NCBI RefSeq assembly: GCF_018350175.1
Contig: NC_058368.1
Span: forward strand, 191,954,001-192,018,000
Origin: Felis catus
Taxonomy: Eukaryota
Direction of reading: 5' to 3'
Length of the DNA: 64,000 nucleotides
A program made the position numbers and the translations under genes. The notes under the pieces are model-generated. The model made no database searches and was not told the origin of the DNA. It saw only the letters and a list, made by a program, of their open reading frames with translations. Below, piece by piece: positions 51,880-64,000 of this stretch (its first letter is position 1; each line of letters begins with the position of its first letter).

Positions 51880-52784
51880 TACATCAAGTATCCCCATAAA
51901 TACATCTGTATACCCATAAATACATGGGGGCAGATTGTGCAGGTTCGAAAGGGGACAAGAAACAAAAGACAAATAATTACCATTAACCGGCTCGCCTTGT
52001 ACTACAGATGAAGAAACCTATAGATGCCAACCTAATCCAGGTTAATGTGGCATGTTAGGTGCTTGAGAAGGCCAGCTCTACTTCCGTGGCCAAATTATGA
52101 GGTATTTAAAACTAAGGAAGTTATTCTATTTGCATGTGTGCTCTGAATGCAGTCTCAAGTAGATGATGTATTCAAAACCAAACCCAGGCTAAGAACTGGG
52201 TGCCACCTGTCCACCTTGATTTCCTAAACAGTTGCTGCTGAGCTCATCACCCTGCTAGGAAATTTAGGTGATATTAACTACCATGTTTTCTCAACAGCTC
52301 TGATCCCTTGAGCTATAGCTCAGTGGTCTCTGCTGAGACAACAATGCCCTTTTATTTTTTGGACAAAGCAAACTCTCTATTGTTCATGGCTTTGCATAGG
52401 CAGCCAGTAAGATGTGGTCAAGAGATCTTCCCAGGGAAATTTTGACCTTGGTCACTGTGAGGAACCAACAGTTTTCCTTCTCTCCACAGTGTGATTTTCT
52501 TAATTTACTTTCAGCCTTCTGAGTGCTTAACCTGACAGAGATAAGCCCTGCTAAGGTCAGCGTGTGAACATTTGCTGGAGGCCCAAACACGTATAAACCT
52601 CATTTGGGAGTGTTCGCCCAAGAATGCAAAGTTAGTAACCTTTAGGAAGCCACTGTTATATTAATAATGCAAACTTCAGGCATAGAGGAAGTCGAAGGCT
52701 TCACTGAGAAAGTAAGATTTAAACAGTCAATAGTTCCAGCAGTGGGGAGATTCCTATTCACTTGATGAAGCCAGGGAACACTTA

Positions 52785-53020
52785 AGAAAATGGTGCTCAG
52801 AGTGGAATCTAGACAGGTTCACATTCTGGATCCAGCACATACTATCTGTTTGGCCAAGCTGCTTACCTTTGCCAAGCCTCAGTTTCCCCACCAGCCAAAC
52901 AGGACTAACAGCGTCTGTCTACCGGAATGGCGGAAGGATAATGAAATGAGATAACGTGCGTAAAGCTCTCCTAAGAGTGTGTCTGGCATTCAACGCGGAC
53001 TCCACAAATGTTAGCAAATA
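52785..53020 (+). mobile_element. MIR
   Basis: GCCTCAGTTTCCCCAC...AATGAGATAACGTGCGTAAAGC...AAATGTTAGC. Confidence 0.75.
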
Positions 53021-53499
53021 CAGAGGAACCTAAGAGAAACCTACAAATTCATTCCCAGCCCCTGAGTAATGAGGACCGGGGCGGCTGGTGGTGTGCCAGT
53101 ATCAACCCCTGGAGATTCCAAGAAACAGTCGAGCAGGTTTTGTGAACGAGAGCAGGGGCCAGAGATACTCTGGTTTTCACTGCAGAGGTGACCTCCTGAG
53201 AGCCAGAGGCTGAGGAGCCTGGGGACATAAGCCCACATGGCAGATTTGATGGTACCTTATCCCGGCGACAGAAACCCGGAGTCCTTGGGAGGGTCCTGAG
53301 GCAGTTTTTTCCTCTGACCCTGCCCAAGGCTCAGAGGAAACAAACACGTCTCTACTTCTCCAGTCACCAGAAAAGGACTCAGAGCCTTCCCTGTCACCAA
53401 GGTCTCCTCCATGTGGATTTCTGATTCTTCTCTCCTCAAAGACACTGCCTCCCCTAGTGGTGCTGGTTTCTGGTATCTCTAGTTCACACACAACGGAGT

Positions 53500-53740
53500 G
53501 GAGCACAGCGATTACATCCACCAGCTCTGGAGACAGCACACCCGACTTGAGTCCTAGATCTGCTGCCTTCTAGCTGAGGGACCCTGGGCAAGTTCCCTAA
53601 CTTTCTGTACCTTGGCTCCTCATCTACCTCTAACAAAGAGAGAATGGCTAGAATTTACTTCCTAAGGTGCTGCAAAGATTAAGCAAGATGAATAAAAGCC
53701 CTTAGCATGGTGTCTGACCCGTGGCAAGGGCTCAATGACC
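53500..53740 (+). mobile_element. MIR
   Basis: CTAGCTGAGGGACCCTGGGCAAGTTCCCTAACTTTCTGTACCT...CTTAGCATGGTGTCTGAC. Confidence 0.75.
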
Positions 53741-55124
53741 AACAGGGCCTTGTTACTCTCTGTTGAATCAATGCAGAGACAGAGTGCAGGGGAAGGGTCC
53801 AGGGTTCACCAACCCTCAGTGGCCAAAGTAGTCCCTGTGAACAGTACCTTCAAAAACACTCCTCTTGCTGTCTTCAACAAGACAAACAGGGAAAGGCCCC
53901 TGTGCCTGCCAAAGCTTTGGCTGGTAAATAATTGATGTCTTGCCGTGTGTTCTTTTATTCAAAAATGCCTTTGAAGTTTCCCCTCGCCCTTGCTGCAGGG
54001 GTTGTAGGGGGAGGTGGGCAGAGAGGCTGTAAGGGAAGGAACCATGAAAGAGGGATGGGCAGTATATGATCAGCAAGATGGAAAAACGAAAGCCATTTCT
54101 GCTATCTGTTCCAGTCTGGAATCAGTAAGTGTAACTTTTAATCAAGCCAGGATTTCTAGCAGCCAAGCACCCAAAAGGGAAGACGGGGAAGAATACAAAA
54201 GCAATTCTTCATAACAGCTGTGGGTGCTAGACCGACAGCTCCCTCCTGGGGAGGTGACAGTTGGTGAAAACACTCAGCAGCAGGCAGAAGTTTACCTGGG
54301 CAAGAGCAGCCAGCCGGGCCTCGCAGGGACTAATTATGAAACTATGATTACAATGGATTAGTAATCTTGTCAATCAAAGCCACATGCCAGGTAGCACCTG
54401 GCAGTGGGTGAAAATGCCACAGGACAGGAAAATCTGACGTTGTGGGGTTTTTTTGTACAAAACGTTCCTCCCCAGGAGGGAAGGCCTTACCAGGTCCAGG
54501 GGATGAGAAGAGGCAGAGGAGACACCAACAGGGCATCGGGGTTGGAACGGACAGGACGCAAGATGGAACAGCTCTAGGAGTCTGTATTTAAAACTCTGGT
54601 TTGCATCCTCTTATCACCAGCCATAAGAATTGGCCCAAAGCCTGCTCCCTGTTTTATGTAAGCCTGGAAGGAAATTAGGATTGCCTTCTCTTAGCAATCA
54701 TGGAAAGGTAAACAGAGGATAAAAAATTAGAATATTGGTAGAAATACTAACCACAAGTACCTTTCCGCAAGCACATGGAATTCATCTTGCCAGGTGCCCC
54801 TCACTTTACGATCTCATTTAATCTTTACGAAACCCTGTGAGACAAGCACTATACCGCTACCAAATATACCATAGATGTTGTGACTTGGCCGGTGTCACAC
54901 CACAGTAAAGGTACATCTGCTGAACTCCAGAGCTTTCTTATAAAGATCTGTTGCAAAATGCCAACCCCAAGTTCTTCTGTCCCCCTTTCCTGCAGTCATA
55001 AAAGCAGCCTTCATGTCAAAGCAATGATCAAGCAAAAAGAAGGACAGTTACCTGGGTCTGGAGGACAAGACAGTGAACTGGGAATCAGGAAACTTCTATT
55101 TGCTATCAAGACTAAGAACTACTT

Positions 55125-55340
55125 TTGAGTATTGACTGTGCCCTGTCATCTTATTAAATGCTTTGGTTACTTTTGATACTGACTCCTTGAAGTAAATGTA
55201 CGAAGGAGGAATTGTTCTACTTTACAGATGAGAAAATGGAGTCTTAGACAAATCAAGCAATGGCCCACATGCTTTAAGAGCTGGTAGGAATCAGAGGAGA
55301 AATTCCAGACCAGGTTGTTCTGGTCGCCAAGCTTGGCTCC
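55125..55340 (-). mobile_element. MIR
   Basis: TTTACAGATGAGAAAATGGAGTCTTAGA core. Confidence 0.6.
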
Positions 55341-55704
55341 TTATGATCAGTCTCTCCTGTGAGAAGGAGGAGAGTCTCTACAAACCCTCATCAACCCTCG
55401 CCCTGACCCTGCATGCAGAGCACAGGGCTAGAAACTCATCAGTCTATGCTTTGCTTTCCCTTATACACACAAGCATCACATTTGTCAAGTCACCTGTATT
55501 GAGCCATCATGAAGAAAAGTGACCTGGGGTGGCAGAAGATAAAATTCTGTCCAACTTCGCAGAATTATTAGTGAGGAAAATTCTAGAATGACCTAAACCT
55601 CATACTTCAATGCTAAACTAACCAAATGAAGAAAACATCTGTGTTCCAGCTCATGACTGTTAGACTATGACAAATGGAGGTGTGCTCACTTACATTTCAA
55701 AATG

Positions 55705-55815
55705 TTCTTACGATGTCTCGGTATATCAAAACATCACATTAGGCACTGTAAACATGTACAATTTTTACTTGCCAGATACTCAATGAAGTTGGGTGGGGAA
55801 AGTGGAAAAAAGAAA
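55705..55815 (+). mobile_element. Old L1 (L1MA/MB-like) extreme 3' fragment
   Basis: TATATCAAAACATCACATT...TAAACATGTACAATTTTTA...CTCAATGAAG. Confidence 0.6.
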
Positions 55816-56867
55816 ACCTCAGGTAAGTTCGTTAACAAATTAATAAATTTCTTGTTAATATGAAAATATGCTATAATCATTGTAAAGAAAAATGTGTCAC
55901 AGAAAGGGGGTTGAGGTAAGTGAAAAATGTTTTTGTGACACGGTGAGAGAAAAAAAAACCCACAAAATTTAATACGTGGACAGAATGGGGATTGGTGGCC
56001 ACCTCCTCTATACTCCCTTTATTACAGCAGTTACATCCACTGCTTTATTTAGATGGTTTACGGTTTTCCGCCACTGGTCTACGAGCAAGGGCTCAGCTAG
56101 TGAGTCACGTCTTGGGCTCCCCTCCACGTCTTCAGCACTGCGCAGAGCCTGGTGCAGTGCTGAGCAGACATCGCACCCAGCATTGTTTCGTGGTTTCCTT
56201 TTATGGGTTCCCTCTAGCTAATCCTAGCAGAGGCAGAGAGAAAACCTGAAGGGTCTCTTCACTTCCCTTTAAGGCTTACAATGCCACAGTCCCAGGAGAA
56301 ATGGATATAAGTGACGTATCGGAGGCATTCACTCCTTAGACCTGTACTCTCTCTCACTGACCTGAAACAAACCAACCTCTTTAAAAAAAAAAAAAATCTA
56401 TGTGCATACTGGCCTTTTGCAGTGACAGAGAACACTCTCGGAGACTTGATGGGTAGCATGAGCCACAATGAAAATGACCCATACATAAAACACACAAAGG
56501 AATAGGAGAAGTACATTCTAGCAACACTGATAGATTCCCCCATTTCAATGATACCACCCCCCTGTGTACTGCACAGAGCCCAGACTGAAGGAGAATTCCT
56601 ATAAAGGGGGTTGATGACGGCATATCCAATGCTTTGAGCGATATGTCTGTGAATCCCAGGAACTAGAAGTTGAATCTATTGACGAACTCAGTGGAAGCAG
56701 GAATATGCCCACAGTTCAAAAGCAGCCTTGAGTGTCAGAGCGTCTTTGTAGCAAATAGCATCTGGTTGGCCTTGAATACATGATTCACATAATAAGCCTA
56801 ACTATTTCGGTACCTCCGAAGCCTGCAGACCAAAACCAGCGTTTCAGAGGGGAAGAGGAGGGAGAGC

Positions 56868-56952
56868 AAAAAAAAAGAAAGAAAGGAGAAAAGAAAGGAG
56901 AAAAGAAAGGAGAAAAGAAAAGAAAAGAAAAGAAAAGAAAAGAAAAAAGAAA
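56868..56952 (+). repeat. Purine-only (GAAAA/GAAAG)n tract
   Basis: 85 nt of A/G only. Confidence 0.95.
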
Positions 56953-57529
56953 TCCTGAAGACAGCGGAATCATCCCTTTGAAATATGCCAGTCACTCCTC
57001 ACTCAGAGAGTAACTTCAAAAACAAGGGCATTTTAAGAAGAGAGAACGGTCTTCCAGTTATGAAGAGATAAAAATCACACTTTTAGGTCAAAGGAATTAC
57101 TTGTGAATTTTCCTAGTGGTGTTTAAAGCAGCTCAATCACTTCTCATTTGCTCCAGGAGCAGGTCTCAAGTCTCCAGGCAATGAATGGGATTTACGTCTC
57201 AACACATCTCTTCCCATTCTTGCCACATCCTTCCCTCATGGTCCTGCATAATGAGCCAGCCATCCTCCTCTGCGTCTCCCAAACATGACGGGTGCAGTCT
57301 TCTCATGCCATCAGCATCCCTCAGACTCCTCTTCTACCCCAGGAATATCTCCACTATCCCTCAAAATCATGTCAAGAGCTTCCTCCCCAAAGAAGCTTTT
57401 CCCAGGTCTCAATCTATATACTCTCTTTCTTCTCTGAGTTATTCTTTAGGCCCTGAGTTTCATGGTGGGCTCTCCTGTGATTTAATGGTTCCTGTATATG
57501 TCAATCCAATGAAATAAGAAAATCAGTAA

Positions 57530-57730
57530 GTGGTATCTACTGAGCACTTACTACATTGAGGCATTAGTATAAACTCTATCATATTTAAGCCTTAAAATCA
57601 ATTCATGCGGTAGCACCTACTGTTATCCCCATATTACAGATGAGGAAAACTGAGGCACCGAAATGTTAAGGGTCTTGCTCAATGTCACACCACCAGGCTT
57701 GAGTCCAGATCCTGTGACTTTAACCACTGG
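57530..57730 (-). mobile_element. MIR
   Basis: CTGAGCACTTACTAC...CCCCATATTACAGATGAGGAAAACTGAGGCAC. Confidence 0.8.
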
Positions 57731-58370
57731 ACTGACCGTAGCCTAAAAACGCCCTGCATCTTTCACGGAACCACGTACTGCTATGGGGTTTCATTTTCAG
57801 CAAGAGAAATTGTAGAGTGATCTAAATTTGACTCCTGACTTCTCAAGGCTATTCACTCACCTAATATGTATGGAGAATGTTTCACTATCCTAGATGCTGG
57901 GGATAAGATGAAAAAGACACAGCCCCTGCCCACAAGCCGCTCATAGTCACCAAGGAGGGCCTCACTGACTTTTGGAATTGAATTACCACAAACATAAGCC
58001 AATTACCGGAAGCCTCAAGCGGGTACCTCTGAGTTCAGCGGCTACTTTAAGAAGCACTAAGCCATAGGGACAACACAGTATTGATACCTAAGAAGCCTGC
58101 GGCTTCCCAGACCGCCAATAATTTGCTATGTGACATCCAGGACGCAATATTCTATCAGCTCATGTATAAAATTGAGAGGCTGGGCCACACCGGTGAATTC
58201 ACAAGTTAGCCTATCGTCCAAATCCCCTATTCAATCATTTCTATTTTAATACCAATAAGCATTGGGTTAATGGATTAGGCAATGAATGATTGACTTTGGT
58301 TGATGTTCTAAGATTTTGAACAACTCGGAGAGAAGGGAGCACTCCTCAGCCACTGCCCTTTCACAATGTA

Positions 58371-59008
58371 CAGTCTATTCTCATTGTTTGTGGATTCCTT
58401 ATTTGTGATTTTGCCTATTGATTAAATGTTGAGGAACCCAAAAACCAAGCCCACGGTGCTTTTTCAGTTATTCACAGGCGTGCTCAGGGTGGAAAAAAAA
58501 AAAATTGAGTTGCCCAGGATACAGGTCTGACATGTGGTCATACAAGGAGATGCTCTGCTTCCTTGATTCAGCTTTCATACTGGAGACAAGTGTCCTTTTC
58601 ACATTCTATTTAGTACCACATTTTTTGCATTTTTGTGCTTTTTGTTAGTGATTTCACTCTTTGAAATAGCTTCCAAGTCTGGCGCCGAAGTACTATTTAG
58701 CATTCCTAAGCACATGAAGACAATGTGCCTTACAGAGAAAATGTGTGCTAAGTTTCACTGAGGCATGAGTTACAGTGCTGTTGTGCATGAGTTTAATGTT
58801 AAGGAATCAACTATATTGTTAAGTTAGGCATCGCTAAACAAGACCACGCATAGAACAAGGTTATGTTGATGTGTTGATGAAATGTTGTGACTATAAGCTC
58901 TCAGGAACCTGACCCCATATTTCCCCTAGAAACAATAACTCAGTTTTCACTAATCCATTGTTCATGGCAACTTTATAGAACAAAGTTGTCACAATGAGAA
59001 CCAACGTG
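58371..59008. mobile_element. TcMar-Tigger MER82-like element
   Basis: TA|CAGTCTATTCTCATT left end with inverted AATGAGAACCAAC right end; internal ACAAGTGTCCTTTTC and GGCATGAGTTACAGTGCTGTTG. Confidence 0.85.
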
Positions 59009-59719
59009 ACCCTGCAAGAAAAGAGTTCTTTACAGAGGTCGCTGAGTCAGAGCAAGGAGTAAGCTATGATTTTATAGGTTTAATCACTTAAAACAATGTA
59101 AAAGAAAAAAAGGGCAGTATTGATAACACTTTGAATGCCTTCAAAAAGTGGGACAAAGTCACCTCTGAAGACCAAGACTAAGGGTGGAATGGGAGATCGC
59201 TTTTCAATATGAGCCATTATGCACTTTGGGGTTTTTTTAAGCCATAGATTGCTTAAACCATCACAACAGTGATGGTTTATAGTGATTTATAGTGGTAAAA
59301 ACAGGAGAAAAATTCATTAAATATCCCTAGTTCTCCTTGCCTTCCCACTCCAAGAAATACCAATAAATCATTTTTCCCTATCAACAGATATTGTTCACTT
59401 AACTGTTTCTTGATCTATAAAATGGAGAAAGTCATGGTATATATCTTATGGTTCTCGTATAGACCAGAAGAAGTAACGTAAATGAAAGAGTCCTGCCACT
59501 AGAATGTAAGCCACAGCTATAAGTAAGGCACAGCATAAGCTGGTACAAAGTGGAGTTAGGAGAATCATTGTTTCTGGAGGCTTAAGTCTGGACAGAACCT
59601 CTCAGGTCATGGGGACATATTCCTGGCTGTCCCCATTTGCCTCCTCCCTACTATGGCCCTTTGGTTTGAGTGATCACCGTTGGTTTTCTATGGCTCATGT
59701 CAGCACCAATTATCATCAA

Positions 59720-59900
59720 AAGGTAGTGTTTAAATGCATAAACTTTGGAGTTACACACTTCTGAGTTGAATTCTGACTCAAACATTTACTGGTTATAGGA
59801 TTTGGCTCAAGTTAGTTAACACCTCTGAGCCACAGTTCTCTCATCTGGAATGAAGGAAAGTCTCTTCAATGAGCAACTGTTATGAAGATTAAATGGGATT
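59720..59900 (+). mobile_element. MIR
   Basis: CAAGTTAGTTAACACCTCTGAGCCACAGTTCTCTCATCTG...TATGAAGATTAAATG. Confidence 0.75.
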
Positions 59901-59901
59901 T

Positions 59902-60477
59902 TTAATCAAGGTCCTCTGAGAGGTAGATGCTAAGACAGAAATGTGTAAAAAATGTATTCAGATGGAGAATATAACAAGTGTATAGAGTTTGTTTAGAGTG
60001 ATGAAAAAATTATAAATAGTAATGATGGTTAAACAAATTATAAATTTAACTGGTACCACAGAATTAGACACTTAAAAATGTTTAAATGGCAACTTTTTTG
60101 TTTTATTTCACCACAATTTGTAAAACATGAATTTAAGGGAAACACCTCTGAGACAAAATGGAGACGGACCTAGGAAAGCCATCGGACTATAAACACAGGT
60201 ATGACCCCAAATGAAGAACAAAAAAGAACAAAAAGAGTCTTAAACCATAATGCAGTTGTAAGTAAAGTTCACCAAGGCCATCAGGGGACTCAGGGTCTCC
60301 CAGGAATGGGCCTCTTTAGTGCCCCTGCTGCTCTCAGTCACAGGCTGGGAGCAGCCCATGTGGAGCAGGTTATAGGCAAGAAGACATTGATAGATTTCAA
60401 AGCATAGCAGCTGGGACAATTGAGCAATTGGGTTCTCTGAAGCTAGAGGTCCAAAAGGCTTATTCTCATGGCTTCAG
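59902..60477 (-). mobile_element. ERVL LTR (LTR16-like) containing an old L1 3' fragment (~59962-60124, + strand)
   Basis: CAGGAATGGGCCT...CTCAGTCACAGGCTGGGAGCAGCCC and GATTTCAAAGCATAGCAGCTGGG; the insert has GACACTTAAAAATGTTTAAATGG...TTTCACCACAAT. Confidence 0.6.
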
Positions 60478-61439
60478 AGGGATCATACCCCTTAAGGTGC
60501 CTGTATCTTCGAAAGGTGGAGGAGAGTAAAAGTAATGATAATTTCTATAGCAACTACCAAAATCATCATTATTAACTATTGTCATCTTTATCATTAACTC
60601 AGTGATGTTTGCTGTAACACACAAACAATGGTAATCAAGTCATTTCAAAGATTTTGTGCTAGTTGTAGTAGGTCTTACTGCAATATTCATCCAGGTATCT
60701 TAAATTGCATTACAAACATTGTAATTTTTAAACCTCTGTTTTTTCGAAGTGCAGGATGACAAGGTGGCACTCGATAATAAACAACGGTCAAGATGTGAAT
60801 GGAACAATGCCTTCAAATCCTGCAGTTTTCAAGTCTAGCACGTGCCTCCATTGGCTTGGGTACCGTCACATTGTCACACGACTCATGTATCATCTGCCTA
60901 AACCACTTCACCATCTCTGGTCCACATAACCAACAGAGAGAAGTCAGTGTGGACTTTCCCTCCTCAAAAGTCAACCAGAAAGCAGTTTCAAAGCAGATAA
61001 TGCCATCTTCCTATTCATGGCTGCAAGATTACAATCCTGCAACTTCCCATTGAGACACCTAGGGTGATTTCTGTGCCCTGAAGACAAGACATGTTTCACT
61101 GCAGTATTCCCTTAAGAAAAAAAGTATATGACACTCAAATATAATGTGAAGAAAATCATTTCTCTGTCTTCCCATAAGAAGTTAGTCAGTTTTGTTTAAA
61201 AATCAGAGTAGATGACTGGGAGAGAAAGGTAGATAGACAGCATTTCCACTTTTGAAACTGTTATCTTTCCCTAGTCATTTAATTAGACAGAATGCAGTAT
61301 ATTTTCCATATTCTTTAGGAGAAAAATGAATCTGTAAGGAAGCAGTAAAATCTTTAACAACAAAGCAAGGAGGTTCCTTTCTATTGCTATGCATTCCACC
61401 AAGTAAAGGCTGTATGTGTCTTCCCATTATGATTCCCCT

Positions 61440-61820
61440 TACTCCTGTCTTACAAAATACCTATCTCTGTGACCAGAGGGGCAAGGCACATGACCCTTGA
61501 TTGGTCCAAGCAACAGTCATGTGACTTAGGTAGGCCAAAGAGTGTTCTTCCCTCATATGTTTATATACCGAAGGGGAGAGGGTGGGACCAAGAATGGGAA
61601 CCAGGTCTTCTCTCCTTCCTCAAAGGTAACTAACCTTGTTTTATTAAAGTCTGAACTTCCTTTTACCACATGAAGGAAAACCTTATATTGTAAAAAACAG
61701 AATGAACACAGAAACAATGCTGGAGAAGAAAATAGAAATTAAAAAATCTGTCAGTCCTGATGACACTTCAAACTCTTTGTCCAGTCCATTCTGGAGCCAG
61801 CTCTAATCACTTTTCTAACA
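61440..61820 (+). mobile_element. Old MLT1-like LTR relic
   Basis: GATTGGTCCAAG...CATGTGACTTAGGTAGGCCAA; GTCCTGATGACA. Confidence 0.5.
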
Positions 61821-63329
61821 ATAATAGTTGGGCTACATCATTTAAGATGTCATGAACCCACAAGAAAAAGACTATCTACTAGATAGGCACCCTGAGGACA
61901 AAAGCCTCTGAATTAGGGGAAAAGGTTACACTTATAGAATTTTTTTCTTGTATATCCTAATAATTGCCCCTCAGCTCACAGTAGGATGTGTGTTGATATG
62001 AAGGGAAGAGACTGAATCACCTGGGACTGAAAGTCATTGCCTTGTGGAGGATGACATAAATCATCTAAAAGTCAGTACTTATTCCTTTGAGATGAGCTAG
62101 AGATCTAACATCTTAGACCTTTGGTATCAGCAGGCAAATCAGAACAATTAACTTTCACAAAGATTTTATAAACTAGTCCAGTCCTAAGGAAGGTGTTATA
62201 GTTATTGAGGGATCACAGTCAACATTTGTGATCCCAAGAAGCTATTGGTTACACAATTATTAGAACCAAGATTCAACCTAAGCCACAATAGGATGCTGAA
62301 ATAGGGGGTTCAATGGCAGAATGTTCAAGTCTTCTTCCATTTAAAGATACCAATTGGCAGCCACTTGTCCCATTGGATGAGATGGCATGTAAGGCAAATG
62401 TAGAAGGATTTAGAAGGTTTTCAGCTCTTTAGGTTAAGAGGGAAATAGACCCTTTCAGTTGGTAGTCTTTCTTCTCACCCCCAAGCAGGAGATAGTAGTC
62501 AAGACCAAAACAATGTCTAGGAAAGCAAGTGCAAAAAGGGCAGAATTGCACCACACTGAGCCCTCAGGGATAGATAATCTGGTAGTTCTGGGCATAGATA
62601 AAGCTGAGAAAGACACCCACCACAGGCCTCTCGAGCAAGGTGGTCATATCCACTTTTCATACCATTGCTCACCTGCCTGAAGCTGGCAGAATCCTCTGGA
62701 TAAGTAAAGGTCACTGCTGGTTGGTTACATTGGATGAAACCATCTGCTACAAAAGGAATTCCAAATATAGAATCTAGATCTCATCTGGAAAATGTGGGTT
62801 AGATAGTTCCCATTACTGCCATATTTGACAGTATGCTAAGAGATTTGGTCCAGGTATGAGACACAAACCCCACGCTGCCCTCAATTCCAACAGCAGCTCT
62901 ATTATTTATCGTCACAAACCCATTATGTCTATTACTCCATGGGTACCCTGCTAGTCCCAAGAGAAAATGATGAAATGTCACAGTTTTCATAGTTATCCAA
63001 GTATAAAAATATTTTACTTGAGTCGATCTGAAAAGTCTCATTCCTTACAGATTATATAAACATCCAGGTCTCATGAATAAAGGACCTGCTCCCTTTCCTT
63101 TTAATCCTACTGATTCTCATACTCTGGGAGAAGAACACTGCAGGAGAGAGAAAATCTTCCTGGCTGGATCTACTACTGGTACATGCTGGGCTTCTCAGCT
63201 GGGTCCTCACTGTTCTTAGCAATGCATGGATCTCCCTAGTCACCAGACCACATGGACATCTTTATCTTGACTCCAAGTTATAGTTCCAAATTCAACTGCT
63301 CTAAAGCTTTAACATTTATTTCAAGCCTT

Positions 63330-63900
63330 TAGCATAACTTTACCACTTTATTCTGAGCACAAGGCCCTTCTTACACTCTTCAAACATAGGGTTTCTACTA
63401 TGAGCTTCTTTATCTCACCTCTGTCCCCACTTATCTCTTCTCTTTGCCTCAACCCTACCTACCTCCTACTCATCTCAACTAGACAGTCAAGATAGCAGCC
63501 TCTCACCTATGTTCTCTCTTCAAATTTTCTCCCCTCCAATCCATCCTGAACACTGCCTACCAGCTTAATATTGTATTATAGCACCTCTCTGACCATTTCA
63601 CAAACATACTCCATTTACATCAGATCCCTATTACCTAAACAGGTTCCTGGCCTTGGTCTCAAGGCCTCAACCAAAACCTGCCTTTCTAGAATCTCATATT
63701 ATTCTTCCCTTCTAGACAGGCATGCTCCAATCTTGCCTCAGGCTTCTTTGCCTCTGCACCATTGTTCAAGTCATTTCTACCACCTCAAATGCTCTCTCCT
63801 CATTGCTGGCTATTCCATTAACTCCCCGCAACCTCAGTGCCAGATGATACACTGCTGACTACATGAAGTCCTGCCTCACTATAACTATTGTGTCCACACA
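63330..63900 (+). mobile_element. L2 relic
   Basis: CCCTCCAATCCATCCTGAACACTGC and related pyrimidine-rich L2 motifs. Confidence 0.5.
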
Positions 63901-64000
63901 CTCCAAGGTCTTTGTAGCAATACTAATTCATATATAAGCAGATAATTACTGAGATGCATCTATATGCTACACACTATGCTAAGCACTAAGATAGGATCAT

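Noticed and set aside
56280..56361. Possible 82-nt minus-strand exon (tttcag|...ATT|gtaagc)
   Set aside because: The donor context is weak, there is a competing upstream AG, it is not frame-preserving, and the peptide is unrecognised.
63049..63160. Strong minus-strand acceptor ttttctctctcctgcag with downstream gtaagg
   Set aside because: There are stops in all frames and a poor donor context; it is likely a pseudo-exon.
61960..63250. Possible ancient retroviral or Gypsy internal sequence
   Set aside because: I could not recover any gag, protease or RT motif by eye; it needs a Dfam or tBLASTn search.
1..64000. A novel multi-gene biological system (defence island, retron, CRISPR-like array)
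   Set aside because: The sequence is felid non-coding DNA with no operon-like ORFs, no repeat-spacer array and no intact enzyme genes.

Overview
This window is eukaryotic, not prokaryotic. It is mammalian DNA from a cat-family (felid) genome, shown by 12 tRNA-derived Can-SINEs (one near-consensus SINEC_Fc1-type) and carnivore-type L1 ends. It is an ordinary repeat-rich, apparently non-coding interval containing L1 fragments, Can-SINEs, many ancient MIR/L2/CR1 relics, solo LTRs (MER34-, MLT1-, MLT2-, LTR33- and LTR16-like), DNA transposons (MER33, Tigger2, MER82, MER5, Charlie4) and microsatellites. I recognise no intact protein-coding gene, RNA gene, CRISPR array or CpG island; the ORF track is explained by L1 ORF2 debris, SINE read-through and chance. 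The + strand bias of L1s and SINEs suggests an intron of a large minus-strand gene that I cannot name. I found no evidence of a new biological system. The items worth a second look are modest: a candidate minus-strand terminal exon (~56.0-56.8 kb), a candidate 27-nt microexon (30112-30138), several unusual retrotransposition products, motif-dense candidate enhancers and small foldback structures. Repeat family names come from my memory of consensus sequences rather than a database search, and the boundaries of old repeats are approximate.
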